DNA of 64,000 nucleotides from an uncultured Nitrososphaerota archaeon (GCA_964416155.1 CAYQCW010000006.1:53645-117644), one strand, 5' to 3'; shown: positions 38,937 through 49,309, numbered from the stretch's first letter. Translations and numbers: made by a program. The notes: a model not told the origin generated them from the sequence alone.

Positions 38937-39333
38937 CTCCAACGTTTTCCTAGAGGTACAGCTGGCGGAGCAGCACGCGGAGGCTTGTAAGCTCCTCCTA
39001 GGCAGGATTAGGGACGGCCTCATCAGGTCAGCGATCACAGACTTCCATGTGGACTCTATTGCCACAGTCATGGAGAACTACGGTAAAGGCTGGAAAGATC
39101 TAGCCGTATTCCTAGCCTCGCTACTCCGCTATAAAGGGTTGAGAATACACCCTATAGGTTTAGGAGGCCGAATTAAGGCCGCACACATCATGAGAGACTA
39201 CGGTTTGGATTTCGACGATGCGCTCGCAGTCCAAGCACTCAAAGAGTTGTCAATAAACACGATAGTCTCCTACGACAATGATTTTGACACAGTGCAATGG
39301 GTTAAAAGGCGTACTCCCGAAGAACTGCTCTAA
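38914..39333 (+). CDS. vapC: PIN-domain toxin (VapC)
   Basis: LLLDSNVFLE, LDFDDA, IVSYDNDFD; TTG start at 38914; paralog of 24750..25145. Confidence 0.88.
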   Translation: MSTELLLDSNVFLEVQLAEQHAEACKLLLGRIRDGLIRSAITDFHVDSIATVMENYGKGWKDLAVFLASLLRYKGLRIHPIGLGGRIKAAHIMRDYGLDFDDALAVQALKELSINTIVSYDNDFDTVQWVKRRTPEELL

Positions 39334-39440
39334 AACTCAGCCTACAAGGCTCTTCCATTGACACGCTTCTTGGCGTGCACCCTGTTTCCTTAACACTCAA
39401 TCCTTCAAAAGTTTTAAGCGCTTAGACGCACTAGCGTGCC

Positions 39441-39668
39441 TTGCGAAAAAACCTGTTTGAATCAATATGTTTAAAAAGTTCATCAAAGCTTGCTGAGTTC
39501 GTGGTGGAGCTGGACAAAGAGTATCCGGACCTAAGGCTTAGAGAGGGTTTCCGCCACGCCGAGAACCTGCACGTAAACTTCTACGAGGACCACTTGCCGG
39601 AGGATTACGTCATCGAAAGCAAGCAGGTTATCTCGAGAGCTATAGAACAACTGCTGCGCAGGAAGTAA
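39441..39668 (+). pseudogene. PaREP1-family (HEPN-like) 3' fragment
   Basis: FRHAENLHVNFYE signature; N-terminal half missing. Confidence 0.65.
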
Positions 39669-39735
39669 TCGGCATGAAAAGAGGCTAAGAACAAAAACAT
39701 AACGCGCGCTGCCTCATGCTTTCCATCGCCAGGTG

Positions 39736-39894
39736 GAAGTTGAGCTTCGGTCCTCCCCACCCGCAGATCACGCTCGTCTAGCTATGCGTCATTTTAGCCT
39801 GCTCCCCGACGAACTCCTCGCCCTTCAGCTCCGTGTAGCCATAGTAGTTCATGGGGTTGGGTTTGTCCTCCTCCGCGTACAGCCCCTTCTCGCC
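39736..39894 (-). pseudogene. rfbD: rfbD internal fragment
   Basis: GEKGLYAEEDKPNPMNYYGYTELKGEEFV..*TSVICGWGGPKLNF aligns with intact RfbD GEKGLYVEEEQTNPVNYYGFTKLKGEEYV..RTSVVYGW..KPNF. Confidence 0.85.
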
Positions 39895-40029
39895 TACTGG
39901 AATACACGAAGGTTGTTTCAGGCAAGGTTTCCCCATTCATAATACTGGCCATTCTGCAGCACTCACCGATGACACTTTTCAACGTTAAACATTTAAAATC
40001 GGGCTTCTGGTTTCAAAGGAAGGGAGCAA

Positions 40030-40415
40030 TTGACCAAAGAGGAGGAGGAAAGAAATCTACTTAGAAGGTCGAGGGGTTTTCTGGAGACTGCCGAGTATCA
40101 GATAAGCAGAGGTTTTGATGATCTTGCAGCCTTTAGCCTTGAACAAGCGTTGCAACTTTTCTTGAAGGCGAAACTTTTAGTAGAAGGGATTGAATATCCT
40201 AGAACACATAGCGTTAGAGCCCTCTTGGAGATGTTGTCGAAAGTGGTTTCGGAAGACAAAAAGCCCAACGTTAACGGTGTTCTAGAAAAATACCTGCTGG
40301 AAGGCCTTTAGAAGATGCTTACATAACCTCCAGATATATAATGAGGGAATTTACAAAACAAGAATTGGAGAAGCTCGCGAAGGTTGTGAGGGAGATAATG
40401 AAGGATGTCGCATGA
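40030..40415 (+). pseudogene. HEPN protein, frameshifted
   Basis: AAFSLEQALQLFLKA, YPRTH; continues in a shifted frame as EDAYITSRY..KDVA* after about 40308. Confidence 0.8.
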
Positions 40416-40721
40416 ATTTTTAATTAAAAGCGCGTTAAGGAAACGAGAGGTCTTTCAAAACCTCGCGAGATACCTTAGAACCATTAAAGAAACGGTCGGA
40501 AAGCTTGACCCCGATGCGGAATCTACATGTTCAGCTCGGTCGTTGAGGGAAAATACAATCTCTCGAGCGATATAGACGTACTCGTAATCACGAAATTGCA
40601 TCCGGCCAAGGTTCATGCGGAACTCTGGAAGGCCAGGATAAGGGAGCCGTTTGAAATCCATGTGCAGATGCCGGACAAAGCGACTTTTTATGAGAAGAGA
40701 ACGAAACTGGTAAAAATATGA
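40405..40721 (+). pseudogene. MNT nucleotidyltransferase, frameshifted
   Basis: MSHEFL..KLDPDAE, shift near 40521, then YMFSSVVEG..SDIDVLV..PFEIH. Confidence 0.8.
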
Positions 40722-40792
40722 AAACGGCTCAGCGTTCGCAGAAAGATTGCTTGACATCATAAGGCTGCGGCTTGAAACCACGCCGTTTTGAA

Positions 40793-40894
40793 ACCCTAGT
40801 AAACGACGAACGAGTCGCCGCCTACGAAATCCCTGCAGAGGGCAACTTCCTGAGCAATGCCTTTGGGTTCTCCTTGTGGAACATAGCTTATTCT
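40793..40894 (-). pseudogene. rfbA: rfbA internal fragment
   Basis: RISYVPQGEPKGIAQEVALCRDFVGGDSFVVY*G versus intact KISYVHQGKPLGIAHAVYLCRDFVQDDSFIVYLG. Confidence 0.85.
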
Positions 40895-41117
40895 CGTGTG
40901 CTATGCAACTCCACACTTTCAACAGTACCTCATACTTTAAAGCCGGCAACCATCTAGAAAATTAAAAACGGCATGTTTGTTAATTCATATTTGTATTTTC
41001 CCTATTCCTCATCGAATAGTGGAGCCCGCCCTACGTCTATGCTCCGTAGCTGAATAAGAATTCATCACCCGGGTTCCAAGGTATGGGCTTCACCATTGCA
41101 AAAAAGTCCAAAAAAAG

Positions 41118-41303
41118 CTAGAAGGATTTTAACGCGTTCCTCTTCAAATAGACTATCCCCACATCAACCTCCTTAAGAGAATCAATCATTCCTTCCGTAA
41201 ATTCATCGCAAACCAGAGTACCAAAGGTTTTAAAACCGGTTTTCTCGAAATAAGCACGAACAAGCTTCGATAGCTCAGCCACGTAGAGAGTGCCGTTGGG
41301 CAA
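41118..41303 (-). CDS. Small hypothetical ORF or gene remnant
   Basis: 61 aa just downstream of the GT4 gene, followed by T-runs on the minus strand. Confidence 0.3.
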   Translation of the reverse strand: MPNGTLYVAELSKLVRAYFEKTGFKTFGTLVCDEFTEGMIDSLKEVDVGIVYLKRNALKSF

Positions 41304-41318
41304 AGACCTATTATGTAG

Positions 41319-42539
41319 TTATTGGTTGGCTGAATTTTCTAATATTTTCAATAACTCAAGCCATAAACAACATATCCTTTTATAACTGAATTTTTCGACC
41401 GCGGTTTTCCTTGCGTTTTCTGACAATTTTATTGCCAGTTCGGGATTATTCATGAGAGATTCTATAGCCGCTATATAGGACTCCGGATTCGGGAATACCA
41501 GTATTCCATTCTTACCGTTTTCTATAATCGATGGTACTTCGCCAAGAGCAGGTGCGATTATTATTCTCGCATTAGCCATAGCTTCTAATTCTGCATTCCC
41601 CAAAGCTTTTTGGAAAAAGACGAAGATCGGAATCTTCGTTAAATATTGTAGTAGCTTCTCCCTCGGAAGAAAACCTACGAATGCTACATTTGGCAGAATT
41701 TTAAGTTCTCCCTCATAGGGACCGCTTCCGAATATCCAGAACTCAGTGTTAGGCATACGTTTATGAGCTTCTTTAATAACATGTAGCAGGATGTCGACGC
41801 CTTTTTCATCAGTTAATCGACCAATAAATCCAACCTTCGGCTTTTGGCCAATTTCATTCACTGAGATAACTTGACTTTTGGAACTCTCTATATCGACCCC
41901 TTGTGGTATTATAATTATCTTTTCTCTATCTAATCCTAATCTAACCATTTCATCCAGAATTGATTGGTTCTGGACACAGATAACGTCGGCTAATTCACAT
42001 ATGACCTTCCCAAAGGCTATATGAGTGCTTCTACTAAATGATCTATACGTTGTATTTTTTGAAAGGTACGGATAGACCCATGGCCACAAATTCCCCTCAG
42101 AGTATATAGTCTTGATACCAAGGATCTTAGAAATAATAAGCGGCAAGAGACCACTAAACATATTCGTAGTTCTGACGATTCTCGCCCCCTGTTTTTTCAA
42201 CCCAATAACTTTCAAGGTTGCTAGAATTGAATACATTGGCACCGAGAGCAAATGTATGATTTTTTCATAAACTGTCTTGACTGGGTATTGCTTTGCCGAT
42301 GGGAAGTAGACTTGGGATATTAACAGGTTATCATTTATAGGAATTTTACCGTTATAGATTCTGTAGAAGGGAGATATAACGGTAATGTGAATATACTTGG
42401 ACAGAAGAAGAGCAATTTCACATAGATTTTTCTCTTCACCCCCCTGCTTTTCTAAAATCTCGAGTAAGCCAGGGGATATAATCACAAGCCCGCCTTTCGT
42501 TTTCATAGATGAATTGGTAAACCTAACGGATCTATACAC
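41319..42539 (-). CDS. Glycosyltransferase family 4
   Basis: IPQGVD, FIGRLTDEKG, ELEAMA, ENGKNGIL, KFSY; AT-rich. Confidence 0.9.
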   Translation of the reverse strand: MYRSVRFTNSSMKTKGGLVIISPGLLEILEKQGGEEKNLCEIALLLSKYIHITVISPFYRIYNGKIPINDNLLISQVYFPSAKQYPVKTVYEKIIHLLSVPMYSILATLKVIGLKKQGARIVRTTNMFSGLLPLIISKILGIKTIYSEGNLWPWVYPYLSKNTTYRSFSRSTHIAFGKVICELADVICVQNQSILDEMVRLGLDREKIIIIPQGVDIESSKSQVISVNEIGQKPKVGFIGRLTDEKGVDILLHVIKEAHKRMPNTEFWIFGSGPYEGELKILPNVAFVGFLPREKLLQYLTKIPIFVFFQKALGNAELEAMANARIIIAPALGEVPSIIENGKNGILVFPNPESYIAAIESLMNNPELAIKLSENARKTAVEKFSYKRICCLWLELLKILENSANQ

Positions 42540-42803
42540 GGCAGACGAAGTTATGTTTTTGTTAATTTTTCGGTTAGAGTCTTCAGAGTAATCATAGAAT
42601 GCTCTTCTCCAATTCTCAATTATTCTCTGCCGAAATTTTTCTCCAATGTAAGAGAAGCATTTATGTTAGAATTCACCCGAAGAAGTGTGAAAAGAGGGTT
42701 GAAGAACGCTAGTGTAAGATCTGGCACAAACCAGAAGAGGAAGCAGGCAAGACGAGTAGGTTCTAGACCGCTTAACATCTCGCGCCGATGTGATACTGTA
42801 ACG

Positions 42804-45227
42804 TTAGTAGCGGAATAAAGTAAGTGAATACAACTCTATTACAAACACTCCATTTTGAGTTGGTGTTACAAAAAGTACAATTTTGATTACTTTTCTTATG
42901 TCAAATCCTTGATCAATCTTAAGCCTATTGTAATCATTGTTGACTTTGAAGGAGCAAGATATATGTTGCAACTTGTTGGTTTTGAAACCTCCTGGCTGAA
43001 AGACTCTGCATTCAAGTTTAGCTCCATTCTCGTCTATAAGAAGCAAGCCAAATCCTTCTGATTGGGCAATCGTGGAATTGATAAACAGCCAGGCAGACAA
43101 CCCATCCAAATCCGAAAAATCCTCGGGTTTTTCAAAATCCATGACAAACTTTAAATTAAAACCTCGCACAGAATCATAAATGGCACTGAGAGACCAAGCA
43201 CGTTCCGAGCCAATCGATACATTAAGGAGCTTGCTATCTCCCCCATCATTGAACGGATACCATATTGCTGATTTATTCGCCGAAGATTGCCTAGGAATGG
43301 GAATTGGCATTGGTTTGGAAAGGTTGGTGACTCTGAGTACGACAGATTGTCCCGAACGGTACTCTATGAACGTGAATTCTCTAAACGCTTCCAAGTACTG
43401 AGAATTTGAGAAAGGTTTTGCAGTATAGGATATTCCGCTCTCAATGAAATCATAAAATCCCCAGTCAGAACTGATGTAAATGCGCTGAATCCCTTTGTCA
43501 ATCAATAACGACCTTACCAAGAAATAGTCGAAAGGATTTTTGATGAGGGGAAGTAAATCCATATCGTATACTGTCGTGTTCACATAGCCAAATCCTATAA
43601 GTTGACGCGCCGGTTGTGAATAGTCTACAAGTACCTTGAGGAATGGGTTGTTCTTAGACATCCACTGGCAAACGATGTAGTCGTCCTCAAATCCTTCGTT
43701 ATTCACCCAAAGCCAGCTCTTGGTGTTGAGCGTCTTGAGAGAAATCACATCAATGAGTTCAGGAAGAAGTATTATGACTAATATAGCTCCAATAATACTT
43801 TTGGCTATGGAAGAAAAAGTAAATCTTGTCCTAAATCTCGCCCCTCTTGCCACAACAATCATTAAGAGACACTTATCCGTATGTGATGCTCTTGAGAGCG
43901 CTTGAATCCCGGTTCGGATCATTGAGATTAAACTGAGGTACAGCAATGGAGAAGCCGCTACAACACTTCTGAGCGGGACGAGAAAACCAATTGGCTCGAA
44001 TGTAGGCAATACTACGTTCACCAACGCGGGTATACACATTGAAATTATCACGAAATGGTAGGATGGCATTTTCTTCTTCATGAGCAAACTGAAGAAGAAC
44101 ATGAGAGAATAGACAAACAAGGCTATGCCGACCGGGGTCATTAAGAGGAAACGTGGTTCGACAATATACTCTCGGACAAGCCGTACGGTTGATATCAGGT
44201 ATATCGCATTCTGTACAAATACCGTCAACCTAGGCCATATCATTACTGCAATGATTAACGCAATGATTGAAAGTCCGGCTAGGAAGAGCCGTTGTTTTTT
44301 CCCCGTCAAAACAGACCTGTATGGGCTTTCTATACTCTTTCCGAAGGATAAGAGAAAAGGCACAATCAGAAAGAGCGCAAATACTGGGTACGTGACTAGC
44401 TCAAACAGAAAGATCAGGATTGCTACAACATAGTCCTTGTCACTTCTGCCTCGAGATAGGAGAAACACAAAAAGCAGAATCCCGAGTGAACCTAGAATCA
44501 TAGGATACGTGCCATTCAAGAAGTACCCGAATAGATACTCTGTGAGGTACTTAGTACCACTGGAACATAACAAGAGCAAGGGTACTACTACAGCTAGGAG
44601 TACATTATTCGTCTCTTCAAAGGCCATGTCTGTAGCTAATAACAGTAAGACGGAAAATATTACCCCAGATTCGATCAAGATAACCTCCCCCGGATACATG
44701 GAAGTAACACTTGATACAAGTGCCGCTAGCGTATGGAATCCGGATGGATAGTAGAAGGGCGCCGAGGAGAGCGGATGGTATGTTACAGGGATAGATTTGT
44801 GGAACATGATCAATGAAGTTATCATCATGTGAGTTAGAGGATCCCCAAACGGGGGCCACTTCATATATGCAATCATGTGTGCCATTAGGCTATTTGTGAC
44901 CAGCCAAATGACGAAACGAGAGACCTGTGTTCCCTTATCACTCGCTGAGGCATGAGCTCGGAGTCTTCTTTGTATGGTAAGGATAATACCAAGGACAGAA
45001 AGGAGCATCAAGCTGATTGGTGCGATGGCGTAGATAATAGGAGACAGACATGAGATATATGCAACTATGATAATAAGCGTGAACCCAAAAGCTACCATGG
45101 CACTAGGGGATTTCGAGAAGGAACCCGGAGCTGTCAGCTTGATTCGATCCAGAAACAAATGGGCCAAGCCGTACGCAAGAGCTTGAAATGCTACTATCAT
45201 CGTAAAGGCAGGTAGAAAAGACAGCAT
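42804..45227 (-). CDS. Multi-pass membrane protein (GT-C / DUF6541-like) with C-terminal carbohydrate-binding-like domain
   Basis: Many TM segments; PPFGDPLTH, FYYPSGFHTLAA; C-terminal DFSDLDGLSAWL..FDIRKVIKI jelly-roll-like segment. Confidence 0.65.
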   Translation of the reverse strand: MLSFLPAFTMIVAFQALAYGLAHLFLDRIKLTAPGSFSKSPSAMVAFGFTLIIIVAYISCLSPIIYAIAPISLMLLSVLGIILTIQRRLRAHASASDKGTQVSRFVIWLVTNSLMAHMIAYMKWPPFGDPLTHMMITSLIMFHKSIPVTYHPLSSAPFYYPSGFHTLAALVSSVTSMYPGEVILIESGVIFSVLLLLATDMAFEETNNVLLAVVVPLLLLCSSGTKYLTEYLFGYFLNGTYPMILGSLGILLFVFLLSRGRSDKDYVVAILIFLFELVTYPVFALFLIVPFLLSFGKSIESPYRSVLTGKKQRLFLAGLSIIALIIAVMIWPRLTVFVQNAIYLISTVRLVREYIVEPRFLLMTPVGIALFVYSLMFFFSLLMKKKMPSYHFVIISMCIPALVNVVLPTFEPIGFLVPLRSVVAASPLLYLSLISMIRTGIQALSRASHTDKCLLMIVVARGARFRTRFTFSSIAKSIIGAILVIILLPELIDVISLKTLNTKSWLWVNNEGFEDDYIVCQWMSKNNPFLKVLVDYSQPARQLIGFGYVNTTVYDMDLLPLIKNPFDYFLVRSLLIDKGIQRIYISSDWGFYDFIESGISYTAKPFSNSQYLEAFREFTFIEYRSGQSVVLRVTNLSKPMPIPIPRQSSANKSAIWYPFNDGGDSKLLNVSIGSERAWSLSAIYDSVRGFNLKFVMDFEKPEDFSDLDGLSAWLFINSTIAQSEGFGLLLIDENGAKLECRVFQPGGFKTNKLQHISCSFKVNNDYNRLKIDQGFDIRKVIKIVLFVTPTQNGVFVIELYSLTLFRY

Positions 45228-45355
45228 CTCTACAGCACCCTATAAGCTAAAACCGACTCATGAACCACGAAAGTTGGTGAACTTGTCATCTTACTATTAA
45301 ACTATAAGTCTGATATGGTGTGACGCGGACCTGTGCACGAAATTTAAGTCGTTTT

Positions 45356-46226
45356 CTATTTGGAGCAAAAGAGGTTAAAGGCTTTCTTGAGTGTCAGAAG
45401 TCTTAAAGGACTCACTGGAGTCAGATTTCCATCTGGTTCTATTAATTGAATATGAAAAGAAAAATCCAGCAGTTTTTCAATGACGCTTCTGGGCTCTATA
45501 TGTATACTTCTTAGAAATTCCGGGTTGAATTCTAGAATTAGCTTTGTGTCTTTGGATGCTTTGATTAAGGACGACATGCCTTCGAGGGTTTCCAGCTCCC
45601 CTCCTTCTATATCAATTTTTATAAGGTCCGGGTTTCAATGGACCGTTTCCAGAATCGAAATACTCGTCCAATGAAATGGTTCTTACTGTTTCATAGTGAC
45701 CCAAATCATCATGAAACAAGGAATGGGCTCCCGGATCAAAGGGATTTAGCCACAATTTCCTAATTCCGGTACGGTTCGAAATCGCATACCTCTCACATAT
45801 CACGTTAGCAAAACGGTTGACATGTACATTGCGGCACAAGATCTCATAATTTGCAGGATCGGGTTCAAAAGCAACCACCTTGCCTTCTTTGCCAACTAAG
45901 CCAGCTGCCAGTGTTGTGTAGTATCCCACATTGGCTCCAACATCCACGAAGGTCCATCCCTTTCTGAGGATTCTAGAAATCAGAGTGGTAGTTCCAGGCT
46001 CCCAAATACCGGAGCTAATACAGGCTTTGCCCACTGGGCTGTTCGGATAAACGTATAGCAAAGAACCAGAGATTATCTTAGTCAACTGCAGGTCACGAAA
46101 ATGAAAACGATACATCACCTCATAACCAAATTTCTTAAGCAGGGGGAATGAAGACAAACCTAGATTATGAGCGATTGTCGCTAGAGCAAACAAAACAGAA
46201 TTGGCCTGTCTTCGATATTTGTTCAT
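45356..46226 (-). pseudogene. FkbM-family methyltransferase split by a +1 frameshift
   Basis: FVDVGANVGYY, AFEPD, SLDEY; shift at TTG AAA CCC GGA (about 45630) into PDLIKIDIEGGE..LILEFNP. Confidence 0.85.
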
Positions 46227-46397
46227 TTTCTATATTCTATGTGCTACACGCGCCATATGTCGCTTCGGCTGTATCATGAGATGTTGGTTAAGTTATATAA
46301 CGCGCGCTTAGATATGAATAACTATCGGTGTCCAACTTATTTCCGACGAAGAATCCCGTCTCTAACAATGGGGTGCTGTTCGGCCTAGCTCGTTCGT

Positions 46398-47579
46398 TCA
46401 AGTCTTGGACAGAATTTCCTCGTAAAGCTTTAGGATACTACGAGTGATAATGTCTATTGAGAAGTTTGACTCGACAACGCTCTTGCAGTTTCTTGAGAAT
46501 CTCTTCCGTAAGTCTTGGTCCTGTAATATAGCGTAGATTGCTTTGCTGAGATCGCTGGGCGCAGGTGAGGTCACAAAACCTACTTGTTTATCAATCCAAT
46601 TCAATCTGTCTCCGAGAGTAGTGGTCACTATGGGGACTCCTGCTGCACATGCCTCCAGAAAGGTCAAGGGAAATCCAGAGAAAGAGGGAGTGACAAATAC
46701 CTCAGCATCAATAAGGGCCTTCTGTTTGTCTTCGGGGCTTACAAAACCAATGAAATAGATGGAATTGGATATGCCCAGACGCCTAGCCAAATACATGGCT
46801 TCACCAGCATATCCATCGTCTGGACCTACTATCACTAATACTGTCTCTTTTGATTTCGTGATCTTAAGGAGTTCCGAGTAAGCACTGATTAAAAGGTCAA
46901 TTCCTTTTGTCTTATGGACTCTACCCAAGAAAAGTATCATCTTCTTATTGGTAGATATGCCAAACTTTTCTTTGAAAGATCCTTTTGGTGGCAGGTTAAC
47001 ATATTCTGACAAATCGATTCCATTAGGTATAATCGCGATTTTCTCGTCGGATACACCCATATCTCTATACTGCTTAGCTTCAGTCGAGCTTAGAGCGATA
47101 ACCTTAGAAGCATCCCTCAACAACCTATAGCCAAACAAAGTATCATAAATCCACTTCAGCCTACGCCACGCCATAATCCTAGGGAGAGAACCATGAGCTT
47201 GCAAAACGTAAGGAACACCATACTTTTTCGCGTAGTAAGCTGTAACGATGTTTTGAAAAGTTCTGTGCTCATGAAGATGAATAACGTCAAACTTCTCAAC
47301 TTCTTCTTTAGCACGTGAAACCAGTTGCGGTGTAATGAATAGCTTAAACTTCTTAACAAGCGTCAAAGAGAGATTTCTGAAGCGGTGTACTCTTATTCCG
47401 TCAACATCATTGTCAGAATCTATCCTCAGCCTTGAGCAAAAATCTTTAGCATCACTTGCATACACGACAACCTCATGCCCCTTCTTGACAAGTTCCTTCG
47501 AAACCTGATATGCCACTTTAGCTGGACCACCAAAAGCGTAAGCGGGAGGAAAAGAGGGCACAACTTGAAGGATCTTCAA
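46398..47579 (-). CDS. Glycosyltransferase family 4
   Basis: FGGP, HGSL, IPNGID, FLGRVHKTKGID, GFPLTFLEACAAG. Confidence 0.93.
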   Translation of the reverse strand: MKILQVVPSFPPAYAFGGPAKVAYQVSKELVKKGHEVVVYASDAKDFCSRLRIDSDNDVDGIRVHRFRNLSLTLVKKFKLFITPQLVSRAKEEVEKFDVIHLHEHRTFQNIVTAYYAKKYGVPYVLQAHGSLPRIMAWRRLKWIYDTLFGYRLLRDASKVIALSSTEAKQYRDMGVSDEKIAIIPNGIDLSEYVNLPPKGSFKEKFGISTNKKMILFLGRVHKTKGIDLLISAYSELLKITKSKETVLVIVGPDDGYAGEAMYLARRLGISNSIYFIGFVSPEDKQKALIDAEVFVTPSFSGFPLTFLEACAAGVPIVTTTLGDRLNWIDKQVGFVTSPAPSDLSKAIYAILQDQDLRKRFSRNCKSVVESNFSIDIITRSILKLYEEILSKT

Positions 47580-47684
47580 TGTCCTTTCCCTTAATCCTTC
47601 TGAGCAGTTGCTTCCAATGTTTTCAAATTCGTGGGCAACTTTGTCCCAACCACATTTTTCAACTGTTTAACCCTAGCTCCCCAT

Positions 47685-48884
47685 TTACACCAAGGCTTCG
47701 AAGAGCTTCTTCATCTTTAAGCCTATCTGCTCTATTGACAGGTTGTTTTCTACATATCGTCTTCCAGACTCTCCAAATTCCTTAGCAACGGCTCGATTCT
47801 CTTTTAGGTATAGTATTGATTTAGCTAAGGCTTCATGATCTCCTGGCTTAACTATAATTCCGGAGCGTGTCTCCTCTACATATTCAGCTGGTGCCCCCTC
47901 TGCACAACATATTATTGGCTTGCCTACTGCCTGGTATTCGTAGAGTTTTGATGATATTCCTAGGTATGGTCTGCCGAAGTCTTTTAACGGCAGTAGTAGG
48001 GCGTCTGCTCGGCGTAGTAGTTCAGCCACTTCTTCTCTGCTCAGTACCTTGTCGATTATCCTCATGTTCTTAACATTCATCTCCTTGATGCTTCTCTTCA
48101 CGCTGTCCATTAGCTCCCCCGCCCCTTGAAGCACTATTTCTATGTCCTCATATTGCTCTAAGAGTTTAGCCGCCTTAACCACCTGGTTGAAGTCGTATGC
48201 TACTGAGAATGCTCCGCTATACAGTATTGTGAATTTTCCATCGTCCCTGTTAGATGCCGGTTTGAACTTGTTTACGTCTACTCCGCCTCTGACCACGTGG
48301 ATCTTGCTTTTAGGGATCCTGTATTTGCCGTGAATTACCGTTATGTAGCCTGGGCTTATCGGGATTATTGCCCTCGCCATTGTGTACGCTGTTTTTGCTA
48401 AAATTTCACACATCTTGTTCATGAACCTTGATCTTATTGTCCCTATATCAATTGGGTCCTCAGGCCACAGGTCATCAACGTTAAGCACTATGGGGCATCT
48501 TTTTAAGATGCTGTACGCTAATGCGGGCATTATCACTAGAACCTGAGGGTTCGATGCGAAAACCGCGTCAACCTTTCCTATAATAGACAATGGAAAAAGA
48601 GCTGAAACTAAGAAAGTCATGAAGAGTATCATTCTGTTGGCTAATCCTTTGGCTGGCAGTGGAGGTACGAATGTTCTGACGACTTTAAAACCCTCCATAT
48701 GCTCTACTGAGAGGGCCTTTTTCCTCAGATGTTTTGGAACGTTTCCTGTTGGGTAGTGTGGGAAACCCGCTACTACTGTCACTTTTGCTCCGTTTAGCAG
48801 GAGGCCTTTGGCAACGTTGTAGGCTCTGGTTGAGCTTCCACCCATGTCTGGCGGGAATATTTGGGAGATTATGAGGATTCGCAT
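47685..48884 (-). CDS. Glycosyltransferase family 4 (WbuB/WcaI-like)
   Basis: FPPDMGG, GFPHYP, DLWPE, SKLYEYQAVGKP; ATG at 48884. Confidence 0.92.
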   Translation of the reverse strand: MRILIISQIFPPDMGGSSTRAYNVAKGLLLNGAKVTVVAGFPHYPTGNVPKHLRKKALSVEHMEGFKVVRTFVPPLPAKGLANRMILFMTFLVSALFPLSIIGKVDAVFASNPQVLVIMPALAYSILKRCPIVLNVDDLWPEDPIDIGTIRSRFMNKMCEILAKTAYTMARAIIPISPGYITVIHGKYRIPKSKIHVVRGGVDVNKFKPASNRDDGKFTILYSGAFSVAYDFNQVVKAAKLLEQYEDIEIVLQGAGELMDSVKRSIKEMNVKNMRIIDKVLSREEVAELLRRADALLLPLKDFGRPYLGISSKLYEYQAVGKPIICCAEGAPAEYVEETRSGIIVKPGDHEALAKSILYLKENRAVAKEFGESGRRYVENNLSIEQIGLKMKKLFEALV

Positions 48885-48952
48885 CAAGATTCTACGCTTG
48901 CTTTAACGTTCTTCATGAACCATTCGTATACTTTTCTAAGCCCGGTCTTCAT
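48884..48952 (-). pseudogene. Detached epimerase 3' tail, copy A
   Basis: MKTGLRKVYEWFMKNVKASVES*; its stop overlaps the GT4 ATG (TGATG). Confidence 0.85.
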
Positions 48953-49025
48953 GCTTTTCAGCTTATTTTAGGCAGCACGAGCTTTATTGCGTCCTTCCTG
49001 GTTTTGGCCATTTCAACTAGAGTGT

Positions 49026-49196
49026 TTAAGAGGCCTTTTTAGAAGCGTCAAGTATCTCTACGGATACGACCTTACCGTTGCCGTCGTAGCCTAGGATAAC
49101 GTCGTTGTCAAGCAACTCTTCCTCTGCTAAGGCACCTTCCCCGACTTTTAAAACCAGTATGTCCGCCTCCGGGTCGTAGTTAATGATCAAATCCAT
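49026..49196 (-). CDS. DUF2283 protein (probably frameshifted near the C-terminus)
   Basis: MDLIINYDPEADILVL..DVILGYDGNGKVVSVEILDAS; below the ORF-track cutoff; shifted frame continues to 48958. Confidence 0.75.
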   Translation of the reverse strand: MDLIINYDPEADILVLKVGEGALAEEELLDNDVILGYDGNGKVVSVEILDASKKAS

Positions 49197-49274
49197 CGTC
49201 CCGGACTCCTCCTTCTCTGAACAATATCTCCTAACCTACTACTGTAGATTACCGTTATAATAAACATATCTCCA
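49187..49274 (-). pseudogene. 3' remnant of a DUF4258-like toxin
   Basis: GDMFIITVIYSSRLGDIVQRRRSPGRWI* overlapping the DUF2283 start. Confidence 0.55.
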
Positions 49275-49309
49275 CGCGCGTTTGCTTCCGAGCTTGAACC
49301 TCTTCTGCC

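Noticed and set aside
38310-40798. Pyrrolysine or TAG recoding suggested by in-frame TAGs in several fragments
   Set aside because: The TAGs occur only in truncated remnants (membrane-protein scrap near 38310-38495, rfbD and rfbA fragments), and TAG terminates many intact genes here.
40455-40957. ORFs 40455..40949 (-) and 40772..40957 (+)
   Set aside because: They overlap the MNT pseudogene and the rfbA fragment in other frames, with no independent coding signal.
41021-41095. Canonical tRNA gene
   Set aside because: The T-arm does not form a 5-bp stem with a 7-nt loop and the anticodon loop size is wrong; kept only as a low-confidence finding.
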